Positions 37,806-48,078 of a DNA stretch of 64,000 nt are shown here, piece after piece (position 1 is the stretch's first letter; the number at the start of each line of letters is the position of its first letter). The notes beneath the pieces were generated by a model, which saw only the letters and a program-made list of their open reading frames with translations, was not told the origin of the DNA and did no database searches. The translations under genes were made by a program, and so were the position numbers. The stretch lies in NCBI GenBank assembly GCA_965200225.1, contig CBDATM010000001.1, forward strand, positions 1,551,878 to 1,615,877. The letters run 5' to 3'. Source of the stretch: Gammaproteobacteria bacterium (GTDB lineage: Bacteria > Pseudomonadota > Gammaproteobacteria > Steroidobacterales > Foliamicaceae).

Positions 37806-38174
37806 CTACAGTTTGCCTTCCTCGAACTCCCGGTGCACTTCCACCACCGGAGGCATGGCGGCTACCGGGGTCTTTTCTTCCTTCTCGTTCTGGACCACGC
37901 GCATCACCCGTTCGATGTAGCGCCGGCGCGTTGCTTCTCTTTCCACTTCCGCCTGCTTGTCGGGCAGGAAGTTGTCGATATCCTCGCGCTTGAGCACGCC
38001 GCCTTTCTCGATCAGCCGCTCGACGCTGTCGAGGCGGTCCCGCAGCACGGACACTTCACCGATCAGGGTCATGAGCATGCCCAGAAGCCGATCCGTGGCC
38101 GGATCCGAAAAGTAACGGGGGCGCTTTCCCTTGGCGGTACGGCGCAGACGGGGTGCTTCGCCGTCTGCGCTCAC
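37806..38174 (-). CDS. Conserved hypothetical protein coupled to the methyltransferase
   Basis: 122 aa; RPRYFSDPATDRLLGMLMTLIGEVSVLRDRLD; start overlaps upstream stop. Confidence 0.65.
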   Translation of the reverse strand: MSADGEAPRLRRTAKGKRPRYFSDPATDRLLGMLMTLIGEVSVLRDRLDSVERLIEKGGVLKREDIDNFLPDKQAEVEREATRRRYIERVMRVVQNEKEEKTPVAAMPPVVEVHREFEEGKL

Positions 38175-39301
38175 GCCCGGATCCCTGCCAGCGACTTGAA
38201 GCTCATTTCATCCCGGGAGTAGTTGCGCTGCGACACGTCCAGGTTGGACTTCAATAGTTCCAGGCCTACTTCTTCGGTCGTCCAGCCGCCCTTCAGAGCT
38301 TCCGCGACCAGGTCGATGTCGGTCATGCAACGTGCGAAGGACTCGTTATTGTTGTAACTCTCCCAATCGTGCATGAACTGGTCGAAGATGGTGTCGCCGC
38401 GCGGAATATCGAAGTGCAGCATCCGCCCTCCGCTGCTCAGCAGGCGGCGCGTTTCGGCGAATATCCGCGGCAGGGCCTTCTTGGAAGTCTCGTGCAACAT
38501 GATGTGGGAGACGACCAGGTCGAAGCTGCCGTCCTCATAGTCGGTGGCTTCGGCGTTCTGCTGGCTGAAGTGCACCCCAACGCCAAGCGACTCCGCCCGC
38601 GTATGGGCGTACCGCAGCATCGGCGCACCAACGTCGATCGCATGAATCTCCGCTTGGGGAAACGCTCGGCCCCAGGGCAGGGTGCTGTTGCCGGAGCCGC
38701 AGCCCATGTCCAGGATCTTGCGGGGCTTGAAATCCGGCCAGAGGCCACGCATGCCGTTGCACAGCATGTGACCCAGGAAGTCCCCTTCCGGCCCCCAGGC
38801 TCCGGCCATGTACATCTGCAGGCCGGTCTCGTACAGCGCGCCGGCGGTAATGTCGTCGGGCGCCTGGTCGGTGTGGTAGCCGCCCGGCTGGATATGAATG
38901 TCGTGCACGGTGTGGTAGCGCGGAATCTCCAGGTTGGGGTTGAGCTGCAAGCTTCCGCCGGCGTCTCCGTTTGTGGACCGAAAGCGCTCGATCATGTCCG
39001 GTAGCTGCCGCTCGACCGTATCTACCGTAGCGTCCCACATCATCTCCTGGCTACGGCGGGTCAGCGCGCTCCAGAACTGGTAATACGGCTCCGCCATCAT
39101 CTTCTTGCGGATCTCGTCGCGGTGTTGAGGTGGACGCCCGGTTTCCTTTTCGATGGCCGGCTTGATCTTCTCCTCGTACAGGGAGAAATTGCCCGGCATG
39201 ATGGTGCCGGACAGGTGGGCCCGGAAAGCGCGCACGAAGTCCATTCGGGAAGCTTCGTCGTGGTTGGCGTCGGGCGTCAGGGCATGGACGTTACGAAACA
39301 T
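38171..39301 (-). CDS. Class I SAM-dependent methyltransferase with long N-terminal extension
   Basis: ILDMGCGSG motif I, AIDVGAPML, FDLVVSHIMLHE, LSSGG. Confidence 0.9.
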   Translation of the reverse strand: MFRNVHALTPDANHDEASRMDFVRAFRAHLSGTIMPGNFSLYEEKIKPAIEKETGRPPQHRDEIRKKMMAEPYYQFWSALTRRSQEMMWDATVDTVERQLPDMIERFRSTNGDAGGSLQLNPNLEIPRYHTVHDIHIQPGGYHTDQAPDDITAGALYETGLQMYMAGAWGPEGDFLGHMLCNGMRGLWPDFKPRKILDMGCGSGNSTLPWGRAFPQAEIHAIDVGAPMLRYAHTRAESLGVGVHFSQQNAEATDYEDGSFDLVVSHIMLHETSKKALPRIFAETRRLLSSGGRMLHFDIPRGDTIFDQFMHDWESYNNNESFARCMTDIDLVAEALKGGWTTEEVGLELLKSNLDVSQRNYSRDEMSFKSLAGIRA

Positions 39302-39416
39302 CGGTCTTGCCTCCTGTGATGGCTAGTGTCGTGGCCGGCTCATGTTGCCGCTGTCCGCGCGCAGCAGACAGCTCGAATGGAGAATAGCACGGCTTTGCGG
39401 GTCGTCTATGCGGGCG

Positions 39417-40280
39417 TTACGCAGGCGCGATCAGTTCTACCCATTCGCCCACAGGGCCGCGCCACATGGCGGCATTCCGGCCGTGGTACGGGGCGCCGGT
39501 TTGCCCTGTCAGCACGTCTTCGCCGAGAGCGTCGGAAACAAAGCTCACCATGCTGATGGAAGGCGGCAGCCGTCCTTCCAGCACGGGGCGCGGCGTGGCG
39601 GTTTCCGGCATTTCGTCCAGCTCGATCAGATTGCTGCCGGACAGCCGCATTGTGGAGAGCATGAACCGATGGCTGGACGGCAGGCCGTACACCTGTCCCA
39701 TCACCGTGATCTTGACCGGGCGCGGATCGCTGGCGGACAGTCCGAATCGCTTGCCCCAGCCTTCGCTGAGCATTTCCACGCTGGGACCGCCCAGAATTAC
39801 GATAAAGGTGCGATCCACGAAATCCACCGCTTCGGGCACATCAAATTCCGTGCGGCGCTTGAACATGGTGAGATACAGGAACTCCTTGGCCGGCCCCTGC
39901 ACCTGCATGGCCCGGATCGCGTCGCTGAAAGACAGATCGGCGGGTGGTCCCAGGATGTGAAAGGGCGTGCCCATCAACTGTTTTTCCAGCGCGTCGGTGT
40001 CCTGCACCATTACTTCCGCGGCGTTCCAGCCCCAGCACAGATAGGCTTCGTAGCCTGGCGTGGCAGGCTGCTCCACGAACCGGAAATGAAAACCCTCCGT
40101 GGTCTCCGGGGCCATCATCAGGCATTGCGCGCCCTCCACTGCCTCGGCGCCCCAGAATGCCGCCAGTTCGCCTGAAATCCGCCCGCCGGCCGTGGCCCGG
40201 TAGCCCAGATGCTGATAGGCGTCTTCCATGGCGCCCAGGTCGGGCGCGGCTATGGTGACGCAGTTGATGGGGCCGATCAC
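39417..40280 (-). CDS. VOC/glyoxalase-fold protein (two-domain)
   Basis: CVTIAAPDL, GWNAAEVMVQD, GPAKEFLYLT, GPVGEWVELI. Confidence 0.6.
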   Translation of the reverse strand: MIGPINCVTIAAPDLGAMEDAYQHLGYRATAGGRISGELAAFWGAEAVEGAQCLMMAPETTEGFHFRFVEQPATPGYEAYLCWGWNAAEVMVQDTDALEKQLMGTPFHILGPPADLSFSDAIRAMQVQGPAKEFLYLTMFKRRTEFDVPEAVDFVDRTFIVILGGPSVEMLSEGWGKRFGLSASDPRPVKITVMGQVYGLPSSHRFMLSTMRLSGSNLIELDEMPETATPRPVLEGRLPPSISMVSFVSDALGEDVLTGQTGAPYHGRNAAMWRGPVGEWVELIAPA

Positions 40281-40900
40281 AGGCCTGCCAGGTACGAACG
40301 TGCCTGCTCCATACTGATAACCTCGCCAAATTTTTTGCTGATGTCAAAGAGATTGGCTTCGTGCGGGCCTTCGTCGCGATCGCCGGTAGCTTCCCGCACC
40401 ACGATCGGAATGTAGCCGTATTGCAACGCATCCACCGCCGAAGTCCGCACGCAGCCGCTGGTGCTCAGGCCGCAGATCAGCAGCGTGTCCACGCCCAGCG
40501 ATGCCAGCGTGGCGGCCAGATGGGTGCCGAAGAAGGCGCTGGGATACTTTTTGGTGATGACGACCTCGCCCTCGGCGGGCTCCAGGCCGTCCCCGAAGGC
40601 ACAGTACTTCGATCCCCGGACGAAATTCGCCAGCGCCGGAACCTTGCGGTAGAACACGCCCCCTTCCACGCCCGCGGGATCGTATTCCACGCAGGTGTGA
40701 AAGATGGGAATGCCGGCCTTGCGGCACTCTCCCAACAGTTTCACTGCCTGCTCCAGCTCCGCCTCCACGCCCGCGTATAGCGAGCACTCGGGGTCCAGAT
40801 AGGCGCGCACGAAGTCGATGATCAGCAGCGCCGGGCGCGCCCCCGGCTCGATGGAGCCGCCGAACCCCGCCTTGCTGTAATCCTGGTCCAGTTCCGCCAT
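40277..40900 (-). CDS. Isochorismatase-family cysteine hydrolase (N-carbamoylsarcosine amidase / maleamate amidase-like)
   Basis: PALLIIDF, TKKYPSAFFGT, GLSTSGCVRTSAVDA. Confidence 0.9.
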   Translation of the reverse strand: MAELDQDYSKAGFGGSIEPGARPALLIIDFVRAYLDPECSLYAGVEAELEQAVKLLGECRKAGIPIFHTCVEYDPAGVEGGVFYRKVPALANFVRGSKYCAFGDGLEPAEGEVVITKKYPSAFFGTHLAATLASLGVDTLLICGLSTSGCVRTSAVDALQYGYIPIVVREATGDRDEGPHEANLFDISKKFGEVISMEQARSYLAGL

Positions 40901-40916
40901 AACGGTAGCTCCGCGG

Positions 40917-42119
40917 CTAGATGATCCCTCGCTGTTTGAGTCCCGCAAGCCTGTCGCCGCTCAAGTCCAGCAGGCCGCGGTAGATTTCGTCGTTGTGTTG
41001 TCCGATTTCCGGTGCCGAGGCATGGATTTCCCCGGGGGTAAGCGACAGCTTCGGCGCCACGTTCTGCATCTTCAGTTCGCCGAACTTCGGATGCATCACC
41101 GATACGATGGCCTCGCGAGCCTTGAAGTGCGCGTCTTCGAGCATTTCCGGGGCCCGGTAGATCTTGCCCGAGGGCACGCCACTCTCGTCCATCAGCGCTT
41201 CCAGCTCCGCGGCATCCTTGGTTGCGGTCCATTCCGCGATGAGATCGTCGAGTTCCTGCTGGGTCTCGCCGCGCGCGGCATGGCTGCTGTAACGGGGATC
41301 GTCGGCCAGTTCCGGCCGTCCCATGGCTGCGCTCAAGCGCCGGAACACGCTGTCCTGGTTGGCTGCGATCAGAATGTAGGTCCCGTCTCGCGTGGGATAG
41401 ATGTTCGAGGGTGCCACCCTGGGCAGGATGGAGCCGGTGCGCTCGCGAACATACCCCGCCTGCTGGTATTCGGTGATCAGCGACTCCATCATGTTGAGCA
41501 CCGCCTCGTAGATCGCCGAGTCCACGATCTGCCCTTCGCCGGTGCGCTCCCGGTGATGCAGGGCGGACAGCGCGCCGATGCAGGCGAAGGTGGCCGCAAG
41601 CTGGTCGCCTATGCTGATGCCTACGCGGCTGGGCGGGGTGGAGGGATCGCCAGCCACGTAGCGCAGTCCGCCCATCGCTTCGCCGATAGCGCCATAGCCG
41701 GCGCGGCTGGAGTAGGGGCCGGTCTGGCCGTAGCCCGATACGCGGATCAGGATCAGCGACGGATTGATTTCGCGCAGTTCCTCCCAGGAGAGGTTCCAGC
41801 GCTCCAGCGTTCCCGGACGGAAATTCTCCAGCAGAAAGTCGGCCTTGGCGACCAGCTCCTTGAGGATGTCCTGGCCTTCTTTTTCACGCAAATTCAACGT
41901 GATCGCTTTCTTGTTGCGGGCAATTACAGGCCACCACAGCGACATGCCGTGAGCCTTTTCCTGCCCCCAGTCCCGCATCGGGTCCGGTCGGTCCGGCGCT
42001 TCGACCTTGATCACTTCGGCGCCGAAATCCGCCATCAGTTGTCCGCAAAACGGGCCCGCCAGAAGCGCGCCGAGTTCAATCAGTCTCAGATCGGCCAGCG
42101 GGCCGGTCCTTTCCGCCAT
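40917..42119 (-). CDS. Class III CoA-transferase (CaiB/BaiF)
   Basis: LAGPFCGQLMADFGAEVIKVE, ARNKK, ENFRPGTLERW, SGYGQTGP. Confidence 0.95.
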   Translation of the reverse strand: MAERTGPLADLRLIELGALLAGPFCGQLMADFGAEVIKVEAPDRPDPMRDWGQEKAHGMSLWWPVIARNKKAITLNLREKEGQDILKELVAKADFLLENFRPGTLERWNLSWEELREINPSLILIRVSGYGQTGPYSSRAGYGAIGEAMGGLRYVAGDPSTPPSRVGISIGDQLAATFACIGALSALHHRERTGEGQIVDSAIYEAVLNMMESLITEYQQAGYVRERTGSILPRVAPSNIYPTRDGTYILIAANQDSVFRRLSAAMGRPELADDPRYSSHAARGETQQELDDLIAEWTATKDAAELEALMDESGVPSGKIYRAPEMLEDAHFKAREAIVSVMHPKFGELKMQNVAPKLSLTPGEIHASAPEIGQHNDEIYRGLLDLSGDRLAGLKQRGII

Positions 42120-42204
42120 GTCTTGTATCTCCTCTGTTGCGCGATTTACGCGAAATGCCCGCCGCCGCTCCCCTGAGCAGGCCTGGCCATTATGAAGTTT
42201 CCGC

Positions 42205-42215
42205 ATACATTGTAT
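42205..42215. promoter_or_regulatory. Palindrome ATACA-N-TGTAT in divergent promoter, possible GntR-type operator
   Basis: ATACATTGTAT next to TAGAAT between divergent CoA-transferase and HMG-CoA lyase genes. Confidence 0.35.
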
Positions 42216-42251
42216 AGAATACGTGCCCTTGACAAGAGGGGCCGGAACTTG

Positions 42252-43178
42252 ATGACTACCAGCGCACGTCGCGTTTCCATTGTGGAAGTGGGCCCGAGGG
42301 ACGGCCTGCAAGCTGAAAAGGTATTGCCTACCGAGGTGAAGCTGGAGTTCATTCACCGCGCCGTTAATGCGGGGATCCGCAAGGTGGAAGCGGTGAGCTT
42401 CGTTCACCCCAGGCGGGTGCCCCAAATGGCCGACGCCGAGGCGGTGGTTCAGGGTCTGCCCCAGGGGGATGACCTGATATTTATCGGGCTGGTTCTGAAC
42501 CAGCGTGGATACGAGCGCGCCCGCGATTGCGGCATCGACGAAGTGGGCATGGTGGTGGTGTCCAGCGATACCTACAACCGGCGCAACCAGGGCGTGTCCA
42601 GCCTTGAATCCATCGAAGCCTGGCTGAAGATCGCAAAGCAGGCCAAACGGGACGGCGTGCGCGCCAACTGCATGGTGTCATCGGCCTTCGGCTGCCCGTT
42701 CGAGGGCGAGGTGCCGCCGGAGCGGGTCGTGGAATACGCCGAGCGCGTTGCCGAGGGAGATCCGGTGGAACTGGGGATCGCCGATTCCATCGGCGTTGCC
42801 GTCCCCGCGCAGATCACCGACGTTCTGGGGCGGATTTCGGAGCGCTTGCCCGGCCTGCCGATTCGGGTGCACCTGCACAATACCCGCAACACCGGCCTGG
42901 CCAACGCGCAGGCCGCGCTGGATGCCGGCGTCGCCTCCATCGACGCCAGCATCGGCGGCATCGGCGGCTGCCCCTTCGCTCCGCTGGCCGCCGGCAATAT
43001 TCCTACCGACGACCTGCTGTATCTGCTCTCGCGTTCCGGCGTGGAGACCGGGGTGTCGTTGAAGAAAGTTATCGAGACCAGTGGCTGGCTGCGCGAGCAG
43101 TTGGACCACGGCGATTTGCCTGCGATGCTGCCACGCGCGGGAATTTTTCCGGACGTGGCAGTGGGTGCGCAGGCTTGA
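42252..43178 (+). CDS. Hydroxymethylglutaryl-CoA lyase family protein
   Basis: IVEVGPRDGLQ, SFVHPRRVPQMAD, AFGCPFEG, HLHNTRNTG, GGCPFAP.AAGN. Confidence 0.93.
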   Translation: MTTSARRVSIVEVGPRDGLQAEKVLPTEVKLEFIHRAVNAGIRKVEAVSFVHPRRVPQMADAEAVVQGLPQGDDLIFIGLVLNQRGYERARDCGIDEVGMVVVSSDTYNRRNQGVSSLESIEAWLKIAKQAKRDGVRANCMVSSAFGCPFEGEVPPERVVEYAERVAEGDPVELGIADSIGVAVPAQITDVLGRISERLPGLPIRVHLHNTRNTGLANAQAALDAGVASIDASIGGIGGCPFAPLAAGNIPTDDLLYLLSRSGVETGVSLKKVIETSGWLREQLDHGDLPAMLPRAGIFPDVAVGAQA

Positions 43179-43214
43179 CCGGCCTGAACTGAAAATACAT
43201 ACGGGAGAAAGAGC

Positions 43215-45272
43215 ATGAGCTTTCGCTTGGGCGTAGATGTGGGCGGTACCTTTACCGACCTGCTCCTGGTTAACGAGCAGTCGGGGGAGATGTACACCGC
43301 AAAGGTCCCCAGTACGCCGGAGGACTCGTCGATCGGCGTTTCCAACGGCATCGACAGGGTGTGCGGCGACGCTGGCGTCGATCCCGGCGACATTACCCAT
43401 GTCATGCACGGGACCACGGTGGCCACCAACACCATCCTCACGGGAACCGGCGCCAAGGTGGGGCTGGTTACCACCAAGGGTTACCGGCAGGTATTGCAGA
43501 TCGCCCGTTCCTTCGTGCCCGGCGGCCTGGGCGGATGGGTGATCTACAACAAGAGCTTGCCGATTGCGCCGCTGGCGCTCACGGTCGAGGCGGACGAGCG
43601 CGTGGGCGCCGACGGCTCGGTGGTGCACGAACTGAACGAGGAAGCGCTGGAAGGCGAGCTTCGCAAGCTGGCCGGCCGAGGCGTGGAGGCGCTTACCGTG
43701 TCGCTGATCAACTCCTTCGCCAACCCGGCTCACGAGCAGCAGGTTCGCGCGGTGTCCGAACGCGTTCTTCCCGGCGTGCCGGTATCGCTGTCTTCGGAGG
43801 TCGTTCCCGAGATGCAGGAGTACGAGCGCACCATCACCACGGTCGCCAATTCCTATGTGCGTCCGAAGGTGGCGACCTATGTTCGCAATCTGGAGAAGCA
43901 ACTCAACGACACCATGAGCGGCGTGCAACTGCACGTGCTGCGCTCCGACGGCGGTCTGGCTTCGGCCGACGCCGCCGAGGCCTATCCGGTCAACCTGCTG
44001 ATGAGCGGCCCCGCCGGCGGCGTTTCCGGCGCCATCTGGATTGCCTCGCAGGCGGAGCACAACAATCTGCTGACCTTCGACATGGGCGGCACGTCCACGG
44101 ACGTTGCGCTGGTGCAGGAGGGTCAGGCCCAACTCAGGCGCGAGACCACCGTTGGAGACGTGACCGTGCGCGCTTCGTCGGTTGACGTGCGCACCGTGGG
44201 CGCGGGCGGCGGCTCCATCGCCCACGTGCCGGAACTCACCGGCGCGCTGCGTGTCGGTCCGCAGAGCGCCGGCGCCGATCCAGGGCCGGCAGCTTACGGC
44301 AAGGGCGGCGAAGACCCCACCGTTACCGACGCCAACGTGGTGCTCGGCTACTTGCCTGCCGAGGTGCGCCTGGGCGGCGACATGAAGCTCGACAAGGCCA
44401 AGTCCGAGGCCGCGGTGCAAACCATTGCCGACGCCCTGGGGCTGTCCCTGATGGAGGCAGCTTCCGGCATCGTCAGCCTGGTCAACGAGAACATGTATGG
44501 CGCCTTGCGTCTGGTATCGGTGGAACAGGGTCACGACCCGCGCGACTTCGCGCTGATCGCTTTCGGCGGCGCCGGCCCGTTGCATGCGAATGCGCTGGGC
44601 AGGCTGATGAGTTCCTGGCCGGTCATCATTCCTCCCGGGCCGGGCGTGCTGTGCGCCTACGGCGACGCCACCACGCGGGTGAGGAACGAGGCTTCGCGCA
44701 CTTTCATCAAGCGTTTCGGCCGCACCAGGGCCGAAGAGGCCGCCGATATCTTCGCCGACCTGGCGGAGCAGGCTTCGCAAGCGCTGGACGAAGAGGGGAT
44801 TCCGCGCAGCGATCAGACCTTGAGCTACCAGGCGGACATTCGCTATCACGGCCAGGGTCTGCTGCTGACGGTAGATTTCGAGCTGGACGACTTGAGAGAG
44901 CAGGGCCTGGACGCTATCGGAGCGAAATTCGATCAGATGCACGAGCAGTTGTTCACCTTCGCATTGCCGGAAGACAAGGAGCTGGTCAACCTGCGGGCCG
45001 TGTCGGAGGGCAAGCCCACCGTGGTGCGCGCCTTGCGGGTCGAACAAGGCGATGCCAGCCCTGCGGCCGCGGAAATGGTCTCGCATCAGATCTACGTTGA
45101 TGGCGGCATGCAGGAAGCGATGCTGTATGACCGCTCCAAACTCAAGGCCGGCAACATGATAACCGGCCCCGCAATCGTTCTGGAGATGGACTCCACCACG
45201 CTGATTCTTCCTGCTCACAAGGGGCGGGTTGACGAATACGGCAACATCCTGATCACGCCCTCGGATTCCTGA
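43215..45272 (+). CDS. Hydantoinase/oxoprolinase subunit A
   Basis: GVDVGGTFTD, HGTTVATN, EYERT, SGPAGG, DMGGTSTD, GAGGGSIA, PTVTDAN. Confidence 0.95.
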   Translation: MSFRLGVDVGGTFTDLLLVNEQSGEMYTAKVPSTPEDSSIGVSNGIDRVCGDAGVDPGDITHVMHGTTVATNTILTGTGAKVGLVTTKGYRQVLQIARSFVPGGLGGWVIYNKSLPIAPLALTVEADERVGADGSVVHELNEEALEGELRKLAGRGVEALTVSLINSFANPAHEQQVRAVSERVLPGVPVSLSSEVVPEMQEYERTITTVANSYVRPKVATYVRNLEKQLNDTMSGVQLHVLRSDGGLASADAAEAYPVNLLMSGPAGGVSGAIWIASQAEHNNLLTFDMGGTSTDVALVQEGQAQLRRETTVGDVTVRASSVDVRTVGAGGGSIAHVPELTGALRVGPQSAGADPGPAAYGKGGEDPTVTDANVVLGYLPAEVRLGGDMKLDKAKSEAAVQTIADALGLSLMEAASGIVSLVNENMYGALRLVSVEQGHDPRDFALIAFGGAGPLHANALGRLMSSWPVIIPPGPGVLCAYGDATTRVRNEASRTFIKRFGRTRAEEAADIFADLAEQASQALDEEGIPRSDQTLSYQADIRYHGQGLLLTVDFELDDLREQGLDAIGAKFDQMHEQLFTFALPEDKELVNLRAVSEGKPTVVRALRVEQGDASPAAAEMVSHQIYVDGGMQEAMLYDRSKLKAGNMITGPAIVLEMDSTTLILPAHKGRVDEYGNILITPSDS

Positions 45273-45286
45273 AGGGGAGTTACACA

Positions 45287-47167
45287 ATGTCTGCACAAAT
45301 CATAGAAAGCCGTCCGCGCCCCTTCGAGCGCGTGGATCTGGACCCCATTACGCTGGACATCATCGAGAATGCGATGCTCAACGCCCGTTGGGAGATGGAC
45401 GCGGTGCTGTTCCGCACCGCCATGTCGCCCGGCATCCGCGAGCAGCATGACGAGTTTCCCATGATCGCCAACCTCGAAGGCAAGATGGTCGTGGGGCAGT
45501 TCGGCAGTTTCATTCACGGCTTCAAGGAGGCCTACGACGGGACCATCGAAGAGGGCGACATGTTCCTCACTACCGATCCCTATGCCTGCAACGGGGCCGT
45601 AAGCCACGCCAACGACTGGCTGCTGCTGCGGCCCATCTTCAAGGACGGGCGTCTGATCGCCTACGCCTCGATGTTCGGCCACATGACCGACATCGGCGGC
45701 AAGGTGCCCGGGAGCCTGCCCACCGACGCACGCCAGATCTTCGAGGAAGGCATTCGCGTGCCGCCGGTGAAGATTTACAAGGACGACGCGCTGCAGGAGG
45801 ACGTGCTGCGGCTGATTCTGCACAACTGCCGCCTTCCGCACTGGAACCGAAGCGACTTCAACGCCATCGTGGCCGCTATCCGCACCGCGGAGAAGCGTGT
45901 GATCGAGATGGCGGAACGCTTCGGCGACGATGTCTATTACTCCGCGCTGGAGGAACTGCTGGACCGCAACAAGCGCGCCATGGGCAAGCTCATTCACATG
46001 ACCGTGCCGGAAACGAAGCAGTATTTCGAGGACTTCATCTGCGACGACGGCCTGGGCATGGGGCCGTACAAGATCAAGTGTGCGATGTGGCGCGAGGGCG
46101 ACAAGGTGATCTTCGATTTCGAGGGCACCGACCCGCAGTCCATCGGCTCGGTGAACTTCTACCTCAACGAGGAGATGTTCAAGATGTTCGCCGGCGTGTA
46201 CATGATCATGGTGTTCGATCCGCAGATCATGTTCAACGACGGCTTCTACGATTTGATGGAAGTGCGCATTCCCGAGGGCACGCTTCTCAAGCCACGGTTT
46301 CCGGCGGCGCTATCCTGCCGCACCCACGCCCTGGGACGCATCTTCGACATATTGGGAGGCCTGCTGGGGCAGGGCAACCCGGATTTCCTGTGCGCGGCCG
46401 GCTTCTCCGACAGCCCGCACTTCATGTACTCCGGCTACCGGCGCGCCGACGGCGAGTGGTATCAGCTCTACCAGATCGGTTTCGGCGGCATTCCCGGCAA
46501 GCCTTTCGGCGACGGACCCGATGGCCATTCGCTGTGGCCGAGCTTTACCAACGTGCCCAACGAGTTTCTGGAGAGCTACTTCCCGCTGCGGATCGACGTG
46601 TACGAGACGCTTGCCGACAGCGGCGGTCCCGGCTTGCATCGCGGCGGCAACGCGCTGCGCGTGGGCTACCGCTTCCTGGAGCCGGGCGAAATTTCGATCC
46701 ACGACGACCGTTGGCTCACCTATCCCTGGGGCGTGAACGGCGGACTGCCCGGACAGCGCAGCCGCAAGATTCTGCATCGGGCCGACGGCAGCGAGGAATT
46801 GCTGCAGTCGAAGTGCGACCGCATCAAGGTGGAACCGGGCGATCTGCTTTACTTCGACACCTGGGGCGGCGGTGGCTGGGGCGACCCGCTCAAGCGCCCG
46901 GCCGAGCAGGTGGGCTTCGACGTGGCTGCCGGGCTGGTTTCCGTTGATGGCGCCACGCGCTATGGCGTGGTGTGCAACGAAGATGGCGAGGTGGACGATA
47001 GCGGCACCGAGAAGCTGCGCAGCGAGATGGCTGCGGAGCGCGGCGATACGTCGCTGTTCGATTTCGGCGGCACGCCCGAAGAGCTCAAGGCCCGCTGCGA
47101 ACAGGAGACCGGACTTCCGGCGCCCAAGGCCCCCGAATTCCAGAACTGGTTCCGCTCCGCCGCCTGA
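45287..47167 (+). CDS. Hydantoinase B/oxoprolinase subunit
   Basis: SPGIREQHD, SHANDW, GHMTDIGG, IFEEG, NVPNE..E..FP, GGGGWGDP. Confidence 0.95.
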   Translation: MSAQIIESRPRPFERVDLDPITLDIIENAMLNARWEMDAVLFRTAMSPGIREQHDEFPMIANLEGKMVVGQFGSFIHGFKEAYDGTIEEGDMFLTTDPYACNGAVSHANDWLLLRPIFKDGRLIAYASMFGHMTDIGGKVPGSLPTDARQIFEEGIRVPPVKIYKDDALQEDVLRLILHNCRLPHWNRSDFNAIVAAIRTAEKRVIEMAERFGDDVYYSALEELLDRNKRAMGKLIHMTVPETKQYFEDFICDDGLGMGPYKIKCAMWREGDKVIFDFEGTDPQSIGSVNFYLNEEMFKMFAGVYMIMVFDPQIMFNDGFYDLMEVRIPEGTLLKPRFPAALSCRTHALGRIFDILGGLLGQGNPDFLCAAGFSDSPHFMYSGYRRADGEWYQLYQIGFGGIPGKPFGDGPDGHSLWPSFTNVPNEFLESYFPLRIDVYETLADSGGPGLHRGGNALRVGYRFLEPGEISIHDDRWLTYPWGVNGGLPGQRSRKILHRADGSEELLQSKCDRIKVEPGDLLYFDTWGGGGWGDPLKRPAEQVGFDVAAGLVSVDGATRYGVVCNEDGEVDDSGTEKLRSEMAAERGDTSLFDFGGTPEELKARCEQETGLPAPKAPEFQNWFRSAA

Positions 47168-47283
47168 CGCCTCCTGAAAGTGGCCGCGATCAGTGCATCG
47201 GCCAGCCGCAGTCCGTCGTGTCAGCCGGCATGGCGGCGTGGTTTGCGTGCACCGTCGCCCGGCGTCCACCGTGGCCCGGATTA

Positions 47284-47595
47284 CTACAAAGCAAGGGCGA
47301 AGCGTATGGCCCTGGATAGCTGACGGATTTTGTCCGCGGAAAGACTGCCGATTGGCGCCCCAAGCCTGCTACGCGGCACGGTCTGCAAATGGTCGCAATT
47401 CACTGCACACTCTCGCGGTGGTCCGTCGTCCCTGGAGAGCGCCACTTCGCTGGGGATGTTCCGGATCCTGGTCGTTAGAGGAGCAACGGTCACTTCTCCC
47501 AGGTGAGGAATGATCGAATCCCGGGTGAGAATGACGACCGGCCTGCGCTTGTCGGGATGAGAGAAGCGGTACCAACGGATTTCTCCACGACGCAT
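47284..47595 (-). CDS. Type II toxin, PemK/MazF family
   Basis: RRGEIRW...DKRRPVVIL, VTVAPLTT, VNCDHLQTV; TGATG overlap with antitoxin stop. Confidence 0.9.
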   Translation of the reverse strand: MRRGEIRWYRFSHPDKRRPVVILTRDSIIPHLGEVTVAPLTTRIRNIPSEVALSRDDGPPRECAVNCDHLQTVPRSRLGAPIGSLSADKIRQLSRAIRFALAL

Positions 47596-47843
47596 CAATC
47601 GCTTCTCCAGGCTTGATCTCCCCAGGCCCAGTCTTCTTCCGCAAAATCAAGCTCGCGGATTTCCGTAGGAATACGGCGGTAACCGTCGCGGTGACGCTCC
47701 TCCAGCGCCTTGTCTCCGAGGCGTTGCAACGCAGCCCGTAATGCGTCCCTTGTAAACCCGGAGCGGGTCTTGCCGAGGCTTCGGGCGCATGCATCCACCC
47801 GTTCCGCCAACTCGGAATCCATGGTAATTTGTATGATTTTCAT
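47595..47843 (-). CDS. Ribbon-helix-helix (CopG-like) antitoxin
   Basis: MKIIQITMDSELAERVD...RSGFTRDAL; directly upstream of the toxin. Confidence 0.8.
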   Translation of the reverse strand: MKIIQITMDSELAERVDACARSLGKTRSGFTRDALRAALQRLGDKALEERHRDGYRRIPTEIRELDFAEEDWAWGDQAWRSD

Positions 47844-48078
47844 CTCTATTTCTATCAAGGTATCCTCATTGATTGCTGTAATGATAAGTCATCAATCCGT
47901 AGTCAGGACGCGTGACTGCTGATTCAATTCGATCGTTGTGTCATCCCTGTATTTTTGGCGAGGAAGGTTTAACCCCGTCGCATCCTTTCCGTATGCGGAG
48001 GTGGCGGTGCCTGCGATGCCTGCGACGCGCGTGTTTGGGGAAGTATGATGGCGCCTGGAGTTCGCCGAGGGGTAAGCG

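Noticed and set aside
42678-45296. 872-aa minus-strand ORF
   Set aside because: Antisense shadow of HMG-CoA lyase and hydantoinase A
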